A stretch of DNA of 64,000 bases from Octopus vulgaris (lineage: Eukaryota), in assembly GCA_951406725.2 (NCBI GenBank), contig OX597814.1:116684001-116748000 (forward strand). Direction: 5' to 3'. Numbering within the stretch: the first letter of the stretch is position 1; each line of letters starts with the position of its first letter. The notes below the pieces were generated by a model. It searched no databases. It saw nothing but the letters and a program-made list of their open reading frames with translations, and was not told where the DNA came from. Shown one piece after another: positions 53,101-64,000 of this stretch. A program made the translations under genes and the position numbers.

Positions 53101-55616
53101 CAAAACTGATCGAACGAAACTGGCTAATATCGATCTCAGTATTTCACTCGTACTTTATTCTATCGACTCCAAAATGTTGAGAGGCTAAATGACCGACATT
53201 AGAGGGATATAAATTCACAACCTAATACTTCCTCCACTTATTTTTGTTTCACTTAGCTTCTTATCTCTGCTCTTTACCTCCTGGAGACTTATTTTCTTTC
53301 TCCATAATTTTATCATCATGCAGGGTACTTAAGCATTTGTATCTACCACAGACTTTAATAGTATTGTCGTTTAGTATCTTTATCCAACCACGTTTAATCT
53401 TTCGATTTCAATTCATGATTTATTCTGACTAATCATTGAATCTAATCTGACTACTAATAACCTTGCAACTCTTTCTCTTTCCAGTTTGAACAAGAGATTA
53501 ATCATCATCTACATGGATGATATATAATTTAATATCATTCATATATAGCAGATAATGTATTGTGTCACCGTTCTTAGAAAGATTACTTGCAGTATGTCGA
53601 TTTTCGCAACCAGCCTGCCGAAGATATTAATGCCATTACGATTCTTAAGGAGAGGGCGGATGTCCCTGCAATATTCTTCTCCGGATATTCACATTTCATA
53701 GAAGTCCACTTCCCCTTTTTAGTTCTTCTTGCCACAATGCTATTACTTTTTTCCTAAAGCAAAAAACATGCTTATCCTCTCACGGGCACAGGAATACATA
53801 AATAGTTCGGAAATGGAACCTGTGGTTCACTACCGCGTACTTTTTGTAGTAAATCCACCTATTAGCTAAGCTATTCATCCTTATTCTAACCACACCTAGT
53901 AATGTTCTATGAATAAAAAATACGTCAGTGTTCCCCTTCGTTTTGCAGCACTCAGGTTGCCCTTCTTCAATACTTTCCCTTTCAGAAAGCTATGTAATCT
54001 TAATATGAGACCAATTTGCAATAGTAAGCATATATACGAATACAATGACTCTCTTCCCTCCCCTTTTCGTTATCCTTCATTGTCCTTCGTTTCGTCATCC
54101 ATATTAGTATTCCATTTTCTACACAGTCCGTAAGAAGTAATTGTATATAACTGTGTGCAGCATTCAAACCTGAATTTCTGGATATTACATGGTCAAGGTT
54201 TCCAGTATCATACACTTTCAAGCATCTTTTCATTTTCCCTCACATTTCCTCAAAGCAAGGGAACATTTACATTCTCTCGCGTTGACCTATTTTTCGTTAC
54301 ACTTTTAAACTCCCGTAGCCAATGAGTTTCACAACGGTTTTGGTCCTGCAAGCTCATAATTTCTGATCAAAAGTTCGTTGCTAAGCACGCGTTTGGTATT
54401 TTACTCTCTTGATATCCTTCTTCATTATTGATCCGCTGTAGAAATCCTTTCCATTGTTTTCTAATCTAATTGTTCTGTTGATTCCTATTCATTCGTTTGT
54501 ATCTAGTATGTTTAACGGACTTTGCTTTGTTATTTTTTTTCTTATCTCAGCATTATTTTGGCTGCCGTTAAACCCTCTGTGTCTAATAGTGCTCTTTCTT
54601 TGAAACGCATTCTCATGGCTTTCCCTCACCGCCCTCGTTTTCATTTATAACTTTTTTCCTTCCATGATTATTTTTTGATCCGCTTAATTCAATTTCTCAA
54701 GACCCCTTTTCCACCATGGGTTTTAAATATTTTTTTCAGCTCTACATTTAATTTCAAAATTTTATTCGGTAACAAAGGCTACACAGTATATGAAGTCATT
54801 AATATCTGTTATTTTCTCAACTTTGATTTTAGCTGAAAGTTTATCCTCTTTCGGTATTGATTTTCGGAACTTTTCATTTCCAATTCCTGTCAAAGCTGAT
54901 AATTTCGTTTCATCCGTATTTCCTGTCTAATTCAAACATTGAAGTAATCTCCTTTATTCTTTACAGATATCCTTTCCCTTCACAAGGGAAAACTATTTTC
55001 AACTTCACTACTACTTCTTTCTTCCTGTTAATTCACTGATATTTTTTTGTCAGTTCTTGTTAACTTCCTCGCCTACGTGATCAGTTTCTTTATCCTGCAT
55101 TACTCTGACGATCGCTTCCAGCTACAACTGAGATAAATATGATTTTCTCATCGTTCAATTAAAAAAAAAGACATATCTATGTTCTATATTTTGGAATGCG
55201 TCCGTATCCATCCTTATATTACGCATTTCCTTTCTGTGTTCTGTTTTTAGATCGCACAGTTCTGTAGAAATATTCAATAAAAAGTTCTGCTGTCCCTTTG
55301 AGACCACCTTCCATGACAGTAATTGAATAAGAGCCATCATATCCACGTGTATGATGGAGCATGACGTGCAAGGCACCATCATGTGGGATTCCAGAATCAT
55401 TAACGCAGTTATGAAATAAATTTGTATCTCGCAGTACGTTCAGTTTTACATTTGATACTATTTTGGTCCAATTTAAGAGGTCTACGATAAGATGATACGA
55501 GCAAAGATTTCATTTTGCTTTTGTATAGCGACACACTTAGTAACACATCTTCTTCATGTTGTAGTAGTAGTAGTAGTAGTTTTTGATGTTGTTATTGGTT
55601 ACGTTGTTGTTGTTTT

Positions 55617-55755
55617 TCTTCTTCTTCTTCTTCTTCTTCTCCTTTTTCCTCTTCTTCAACTTCTACTTCTTCATTCTCTTCATATTTTTCTTCTTCTTCT
55701 TCTTCTTCTTCTTCTTCTTCTTCTTCTTCTTCTTCTTCTTCTTCTTCTTCTTCCA
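55617..55755. repeat. (CTT)n microsatellite
   Basis: Direct inspection; source of the poly-E/K/F ORFs. Confidence 0.95.
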
Positions 55756-56877
55756 CCTTCTTCCCATGATACTGGAAAATGTTGATTCCCATACATAGAA
55801 ACAGAGATTCTGAATGGCAGCAGCTTCAGTTACCATTAGTGTTTTGCACTGCCTCAAAGCTTCTAGCCGAACAGTTTTATTAGAGCTGCAGTATAAAGAC
55901 ATAACCATACTAATGTCAGGTTCTCTGCACAACCACACATTCCATTTCTCTTTCTCTCTCTTGCACAGACAGACAGACAGACAGACACACACACATACAC
56001 ACACACACACACATACATACATACATACATACATACATACATACATACATACATACATACATACATACATACATACACACATACTTATATACATACATGC
56101 TTGCATACGTACATATGTTCAAAAATACACTGTTGATTCTAGAATTCCAATGCACCTAGGTTAGAAAACGGAACTTTATTGGCAAGAAATCTTGAAATAA
56201 ACTGAATAACGACACACACATAAACGCATACACATGCACACAATCACCCACAAGGTACTCCCAAGCAGTTTTCTTCCATAGAATGTATGCAAAAGGTATT
56301 GGTTGGTCGGAGGCGATTGAGGAATATACTTGCCACAAGTGCCTTAAAGGACGACTGAAGCAGAAAGAACGGTAATAGGTTCCAGTGGAAATTATTGACC
56401 ATGGAACAATGCTGGCAACTAAAATATTTTCTAAGAAACACACATGCAGTCTCAATTGTACGTAACGGATTGAATTCTATAATTCCGAAGAACAACAACG
56501 ACGTTATTAAAGTAGAAATTGTTGGAAACATTTGACCTAAAAGTAAATTGATGTGACTGCATTTCCCTTAACTCAAAAGAAAGCCATGAAAAACCCCACG
56601 TATTCATTAGTCTGAGAGAGACACATACTAACGACATTCTTGAGACTGCTTTCACAACCCAAATTAAATTTACCTTTCATAGTAATAGTAATTTAATTTG
56701 TCTAACAATGAAATTACACAAACATTAAATATAACAGTTGATATTACACTTTACTACCTTAGACTTATTTTATTGCTTTTAAGTATTCTGAAAGAAATAA
56801 TGGCTAAAGTAATAATCACTGAACCTAAATTGTTTTCTATATATATACATATGTGTGTATATCAATAGCAATATCAC

Positions 56878-56909
<32 letters not shown>

Positions 56910-56954
56910 TGTATATATACATATATGTATATAATTATATTGATTTACATATAG

Positions 56955-57089
<135 letters not shown>

Positions 57090-57226
57090 ATATATATATA
57101 TACTATATTTAAATCAATATAATTATATACATATATGTATATATATATGTTTGTGTATATAGCGTGTATATAGATATAGGTCGATCTCTATCTCACTCTC
57201 TCTCACTCTCTATATATATGAGTATG

Positions 57227-57340
<114 letters not shown>

Positions 57341-58364
57341 ATGGCAGACATTTTAACTACAACAGAGTGACCACATAGCCGCCGGAAATAACGTCTGTCA
57401 ACATATCCTGTGCAATAAAAGAAAACGAATTTTCAAAACAATTTTACCGTATGTGGTTATATGTTTAAGATGCAAAAAGACGCAACTAAATGTAGAGGAC
57501 ATAACAGTGTATTACAATAGATTTCTATTGTGTGATGTCACTTCGTAATCCAAGTAATCTAGTGTAGAAATGATTGCCGTTGTATAAAAGTATTTGATCG
57601 GTAGCGTTACACACCAGTGATATCACTCCTAACATCCTATAATATTCCATGTTGAATTCATGGTCAAATGTTGAAAGCCGAATGTGTGAAATTGATAGAC
57701 CTTTCGAGGCTAAGATGAAGAGCCAGCACTTCCTAAATATTATCAACAATGAAACTAAATACTTAATTAATTTATTCGGACATCCTTCTATTCCTGCTAA
57801 TATCAGGAGCGTTATTCACATGAGACTATTTACACAGTTGCTTGACACATAAGAAACAGCAAAGCAATACGTTGTAAATGACACGCTGCCATCTTAAAAT
57901 GAAAGGAAATATCAAACCCTGTCCTCTTAGATACACTGCGTCACAATAAAACTGTTTCTCATGAATGTAAACCCTCGTGTCTCTTTCCCGTGCCCAGAGT
58001 TTATTTGAACGGAACCTAATACTCGCAGCAACAACAAAGGGTCTTTTCACCATGCGAACCATTATGGGCCATGTATATTCATTATTTGATGTATATTCAT
58101 TATTTGATGTAGTTGCGTAAGAGCTATGTACATGAATATCTCATACCACAGGAACACATATATATATGAATACCTAAACATGTATACATATTTATCTATC
58201 TGTACATATATGTATAAGTTCATACATGCGTACTAGCACACATAAATATACAAATATATATGGGCGTATATATATATATATGTGGGTGTGTGGGTGTGTG
58301 GGTGTGGTGGGTGTGTGGGTGTGGTGTGTGTGTGTGTGTGTGTGTGTGACCACGTGTGTATCGC

Positions 58365-58555
58365 TGGAGATTCCTTTTCCTCCGTCTTCCCTTCCTTAGA
58401 TCTTGCCTTTCCCTATGTTTCTGACGAAGAGCTCGGCTCGAAACATTAATTCCTCCTTTCTTTCCTTTCCTTTCCTGAGCGTCCATAACACTATAATTGT
58501 TCTACGTCCTCGCGTTGTGTTTTCTCTTGGGGGTTTTCATGTTTGGATTAACTGT
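58365..58555 (+). mobile_element. ~200-bp CT-rich non-autonomous element with HHR motif (58417-58452); second copy at ~61650-61830
   Basis: gttt-CTGACGA-a-gagc/gctc-GAAA-cat-TA; the copy has tgttt-CAGAAGA-a-gggc/gctc-GAAA-cg-CA-aaaca; shared ttcctccgtcttcc and ccctgagc. Confidence 0.7.
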
Positions 58556-58631
58556 ATGTATATACGCCTATGCATGAAAGTATTCATATGTGCGCGCCTG
58601 TAGCTATATATATATATATATATATATATAA

Positions 58632-59129
58632 ATGATTGAGGTGACTATTCGCAATTTACAACCGAATGGCAACAAGTATAGTTGTCATTAAAATATGGGT
58701 GGGTCTTATATGCAGTAGCATTGCTAGGAATAAGACTCAAAACATTTCTTAACCACGTCATGGCACTTCTGTAACGACTGACAAGGGAGACAAGCTCCCT
58801 ACAGGAAGCGGTTTTAAATTGCGTGTAGTAACTTTAATAATCTATAATCCTCACTTCACCATTTTCGAAATTAATCGAGGTTTCCTCTCGTGTTCTCTAT
58901 AAGACTGACAATGTGAGTTATATTTTTTAAACCTCAGCGAAGGAGTAATGAGCCACTGACGAAGATCAATCAAATCTGAAATCGGCGCTGATATGACTCC
59001 ATCTTGCTAGCAGTAGGGAGCTTGTGAGTCGCAAGAAAAGTGCTCTGACGTGCTTAAGAGTTGGTTTGGCTCTTATATCTAGCAATGCTAGTGCTGGCTA
59101 GCACCCGCACTCCCTTTAGTGACGACTAT

Positions 59130-59130
<1 letters not shown>
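58632..59130 (+). mobile_element. ~500-bp highly self-complementary HHR-containing element (candidate retrozyme / viroid-like RNA)
   Basis: Inverted complementarity 58677-58802 vs 59013-59130 and 58635-58664 vs 58809-58838; HHR inside; (TA)n on the left, RTE tail on the right. Confidence 0.7.
58950..58999 (+). ncRNA. Type I hammerhead ribozyme, intact core
   Basis: gagcca-CTGACGA-agat-caatcaa-atct-GAAA-tcggcgctga-TA-tgactc; all three stems form; AUA cleavage triplet. Confidence 0.85.
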
Positions 59131-59206
<76 letters not shown>

Positions 59207-61576
59207 TTAACTTCCGCTTTCCATGGGTTGAACGGTTTGACTGAAAACTGTCAAGCCGGGAGGGTGCACCAGGCCTGAATCTGACCTGCCAAAGTTTCTA
59301 CGGCTGGATGCCCTTCCCAACACCAACCATTCCGAGAGTGTAGTGGGTGCTTTTTACGTGCCACCGGTACAGGAATCAGTTAGTCGGAACTGGCATCGGC
59401 CACGCTTAAATGGTGCCTTTTACGTGCCACCGGCAAGGGTGCAAGTGAGGCGGCTTTGCACCGACCACGCTCGAATGGTGCATTTTACGTGCCACTAGCA
59501 CAGTTTCCAAGTAGGAGGTACTGGCATTGGCCATGCTTCAGTGGTGCTTTTTTCATGCCACCGACGCAGGTGCCAGTCAGGCGGCACTGGCATCGGCCAT
59601 GAATACGATTTCACGTCTTCATCAGCTCGGCATATTGCCCGACGATTGAATTGTACTTTTATATGGGCCATTTATACGAGCTCATTTGGCTTGCCGCGTC
59701 TCCTGAAGCACTGCATATCGCCAAAGGTCTCTTGTAATTACGTCTGTGAGGCCCAACGTTCGAAGGCCGTGCTTCACCACCTCATCCCATGTCTTTCTCA
59801 GTTTCCCTCCACTCTTAGGGTGTGACACTTCTTCACACATCTGATCTCATCCATTCGCAACACATGACTATACCAGCGCAGTTGTCACTCTTGCACTTCA
59901 TATCTCGCACTTCCTATGTCCACCTTTTCTCACAAGGTGCTAATACAGTGTCGTGTATGCACACTGAAATTTCACATCCAGTGGACCATACTAGTTTCAT
60001 GTCTTTCAATCATGTCCTCAGCAGTTACAGCCCATGTTTCACTGTCGTGTAGCATGACTGTTCGCACACAGGTATCATACAGTCTACCGTTCACTCTGAG
60101 CGAGAGACCCTTTGTTACCAGCAGAGGTAAGAGCTCTTTGAACTTTGCCCAGGTTATTCTTATTCTAGCATCCACACTCTTAGAGCATCCACTCCTGCCA
60201 CTGACTTGGTCACCTAGGTAACGGAAGCTATCAACTACTTCTAGTTCTTCCCCTGGCATGTGATGGAATCTGTTTTCTCTACATGTTCGGTGTTAATTGC
60301 ACCTGTGCATATGCCACACAAAACACTAACTTCTCCGTTAAACATTCTTTGATATTGTTGCACCTCATATGTGCCCATAGCTTACACCATGTACACCTTA
60401 TGAAGTTTCTACCTACGCCTTTTCTACAGATCGAGTAGGGCCATCTACCTGAAGAGACTTCTGATTTGTCTGCCTTCCTACTTCTAAGACTTTGGTTTTT
60501 GCTTGGTTGATTCTAAGGCCCTACGATTCTAGACCTTGCTTCCACACTTGAAACTTCTCTATTTCTTGTAGTGACTCAGCTATTACAGCAAGGTTATCAG
60601 CATAGACGAGCTCCCAGGACATCCTGTCTTGAATTCCTCTATTATTGCCTGGAGGATTATGAGGAATAAGAGGGGACTATGTACTGATCCTTGGTGAAGC
60701 CCTGCTTCTATCAATAATGCTTCACTATACTCGTTGCCAACCCTCACCTTACTGAGAACTTCCTTGTACATGGCATGTATAGCTCTCACCAATCACTCAT
60801 CTGTCCCTAGTTTCCGCATTGGCCACCTGATAAGGGATTGGTGGACCCTGTCAAAGGCTTTCTCCATGTCAACAAAAGCCAAGTACAGAGGTTTATCTTT
60901 GGCTAGGAATTTCTCATGCAGCTCTCTTAACAGAAATATAGCATCAGCAGTGATTCTCCCTGACACAAACCCAAACCCTAATTAGTTGGGCTATGGTACT
61001 CCCCGTGACTTTCATCACCTCATCCAACAATTTGATACCTTTGTAGTTATTTCAATCTAATGCGACACCTTTACCTTTGTAGAAGTTGACTGTTGCTGAT
61101 ACGGTATTAATTAGGTATGACTTCTTCATGTATCACCTGGTTAAATATGCGGGCGACAAGATATAGCCCACATTGCCAGATATTTTAAGCAGTGATACTC
61201 CATAGGCCAAGGGCTTTCCCTGTTTTCATACCCTAATTGCGTTATCTAACAAGGTAGTGTCAATTCGAATGGCTGGTCTCTCGGTTGGGCCGACATTTGG
61301 CAGACTCTCTATTCATTCTCTTCATTTAGCAAACATTCGCAGTGGCTTCTCCAAGACTCTCTATTTGCAGCATCATTAAATGCAAGTGAGCCATCATCAG
61401 GACACATTTCTTTCCTATGACATCGCGATTTCCTCTCACACACTGTCTACCAATTCGAAATACTTCAAGTCTTTAGTGCTCACGATGCAGAACATTGGCA
61501 ATTATTTCTCATCTGCTTCTCCTCTGGCTGAGTAAACCTGTTTACTAGCTTCCGTCCTGGCGATCTGGTACATTTC

Positions 61577-61579
<3 letters not shown>
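59131..61579 (-). mobile_element. Degenerate 5'-truncated RTE LINE with repetitive 3' UTR and (GAC)n(GAT)n tail
   Basis: LYLAFVDMEKAFDRV, GLHQGSVHSPLLF, YADNL, VVDSFRYLGDQV, SETWAV; 3' UTR with tandem ttttacgtgccacc units. Confidence 0.92.
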
Positions 61580-61626
<47 letters not shown>

Positions 61627-62142
61627 CGAAATGTAGCTGGATGTGGTCTGTTGGCGAGTTTCCTCCGTCTTCCTTTCCTTTTGAACTTTCCCCTGTCTAC
61701 TGTTTCAGAAGAAGGGCTTTGCTCGAAACGCAAAACATTCCTTCTTTCCTTCCCTGAGCATGCATATACCACATTCTCGCACTGTTGCTTTTTCTTGTGT
61801 TATTTCTTGTTTTGTTTTTTATATATATATGCGAACTACCTGCAACCAATAAATTAGTGACACGTAGGTCTTAATAACCACACCGGATATCCATAATTAA
61901 GGATAACTCCCTTAGATTACACTGGCGGTCAACTAGTCGAACAGACAGACACGTTGAAGTCATGCTAATAACTAAGTACGAGACCTTAGATTCAACCAAC
62001 TTCTTTTCTTCATCTACCTCACAATGGATTTAATGAACTTTGAACCTACTAAGACGTTTGAATCACTGAACATTTTCTTTTCCGGCTTCTCCCTCTACCT
62101 TTCCCTCTATTCTCCACTTCTGTCTTCTCAGCCTTCTTCGCT

Positions 62143-62213
62143 CTGATGATATCTACCATTTGCAACGAGGTAAATACATATTTGCCTCAGCATGGCACAC
62201 AGAAACAGCTGTA
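62143..62213 (+). ncRNA. Degenerate HHR-like motif with extended stem II
   Basis: CTGATGA...gaggtaaat/atttgcctc...GAAACAGCTGTA, but stem I does not pair. Confidence 0.45.
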
Positions 62214-62332
62214 AATTCACTCTTACTCTCTCCTTGCTTAACGAACTAAATAATGGCTTTTTAGCACCAAAGACACTTCTAATTGTTGTTTTCCCTCCAT
62301 TTTCTTATCGTATATACATATATATGTATTGT

Positions 62333-62640
62333 GAAGGCGCATGGCTTAGTGGTTAGGGTGTTGTGCTCACAATTACGAGATCGTGGATTCGATTCCCAGA
62401 CCAGGCGTTACGTTGTGTAATTGAGCAAAGCACATAATATCACGTTGCTCTGGGATCATTTCGTCATCTGACATTTGGCACGTTGTCCACCATTACAAGT
62501 AATGTCGATTTGAGGGAGGGACTGATTTTACCTGTACACAAACATTCGAACACTCTGAACAAATCATCTGTGTGATCATTCGCCAAAAATCGCCGAACCC
62601 ACATACGTCGCCTAACGACAGGAGGCCGAAGAATGTATTA
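62333..62640 (+). mobile_element. tRNA-derived SINE family C
   Basis: ggcgcatggcttagtggttagggtg...ggattcgattccc head, similar to 44128. Confidence 0.8.
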
Positions 62641-63409
62641 ACGAGAGATTTCCACTTTCATTGTAAGCAAATAGTGTAAACAGAAACAAATATGGCGTTT
62701 GTACACAAGGCTGTTTAGATGTTGTTCTTTTACTAAAAGTGCATTAATAATAATGATGATATATACATTGTCGAAATAAAAGCAATTGAATGTATGGTAA
62801 ACGGCACAATTCTATCACACTATTACGTTATTTTTTACATACCACGTGATGCTGTACTAATCTAATTCAAACGAATTTAATTTAAAATCATTCTGTAAAT
62901 GGTAATGTAATTAATATTTAAATCTGATTAATCTTTCAGTTATGGTTTGTTATCGTTTACCTATTACTTATCAAGGAGTAGGCAGTGAAGCTTATCTGAA
63001 TAAACGTTTTAATTTTTCTGTACTCTTATGAGAGAACAAACATCTACATGAAGAAATAAATTCTGTCTCTAAGAAAAACTAAGCAAGACACATGAGTATA
63101 CTTCTAAATCTTTCTGTCATTATTAATTAAGGGCATAATAACCAGACATACTTCTTATTACATTTTCGTGAACGAATTATTTCACTTGAGTCTCTCCGGA
63201 TTGTAACGCTTTTAACGAATAGATACATTTCTGAATAACATACTACAAAGAAATGTTATTTCTGTCTATACATAATGTGACTATAAAAATTTCAATGGCG
63301 GGTTCTCATGAATAAAAATTAATTACGTTTAATATATTCGACGAATAATGCCACAACCAAGATTTTTGTCACTTTTCACTACTACAACTACTATTATTAT
63401 TTTATAGTA

Positions 63410-63411
<2 letters not shown>

Positions 63412-63477
<66 letters not shown>

Positions 63478-63841
63478 TTAAAGAAATTTCCATAACCTCA
63501 CTGAATTCACGACGGATTTATCCTTGTCCTTTCATTTAAATCCTCCTCCTCCTTCTTCTTCTTCTTCTTCTCCTTCTTCTTCTTCTCCTCCCCTCTTCTC
63601 CTTCTTTTTCTCCTTCTTCTCCTCCTTCTTCTTCTTCTCCTCCTTCTTCGTCTTCTTCGTCTTCTTCTTCGTCTTCTTCTTCTTCTTCTTCTTCTTCGTC
63701 TTCTTCTTCTTCTTCTTCGTCTTCTTCTTCTTCTTCTTCTTCTTCTTCTTCTTCTTCCTCTCCTCCTCCCCTCACCCTCCTCTCACAACTCTCCTCTCCT
63801 AACCCTCTTATCCTCCTCCTCTTATCCTCCTCCTCCACCAA

Positions 63842-63930
<89 letters not shown>
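63412..63930. repeat. (TAG)n, (CTT/CCT)n and (CTA)n microsatellites
   Basis: Direct inspection; the (TAG)n and (CTA)n tracts are mutually complementary. Confidence 0.95.
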
Positions 63931-64000
63931 AGCAATACACAATTACAAAAACAAAACACTATGCGACGAAAGTCTATACTGAAAAGTAGAGAGACCGTGG

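Noticed and set aside
53270-55400. IYMDDI-like RT trace at ~53510 and ORF 55155..55400 as a host exon
   Set aside because: Isolated short matches, with no continuous frame or supportable splice structure
59350-59600. Regularly spaced ttttacgtgccacc repeats resembling a CRISPR array
   Set aside because: The spacers are similar to each other, the repeats lie in an RTE 3' UTR, the context is eukaryotic and there are no cas genes
59601-59628. Minus-strand gag-CTGATGA-agacgt-GAAA-tcg-TA-ttc in the RTE 3' UTR
   Set aside because: Core boxes are present, but stem II is 1 bp and stem III is not palindromic; could be chance unless conserved in the family

Overview
AT-rich, microsatellite-dense eukaryotic non-coding DNA. 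The repeat content looks like a cephalopod (Octopus-like) genome; this is an inference from the SINE/LINE style. I found no convincing host protein-coding exon, and most short ORFs in the track are translated microsatellites. The window is a mosaic of transposable-element remnants: a Helitron Pif1 helicase pseudogene with non-autonomous Helitron ends, two RTE LINEs, several Penelope-like elements (PLEs; RT + GIY-YIG), R4/Dong-type RLE LINE remnants, mariner and DD37D (maT) transposons, MITEs and tRNA-derived SINEs. The main unexpected signal is about 11 type I hammerhead ribozyme (HHR) motifs from several families. Four have intact cores, including one U3-A8 variant. Two sit in non-coding, highly self-complementary ~500-nt units: 58632-59130, and a 521-bp-period repeat at 3960-4700. 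These look like retrozyme/viroid-like circular-RNA elements. All RNA structures were read by eye and have not been folded computationally.
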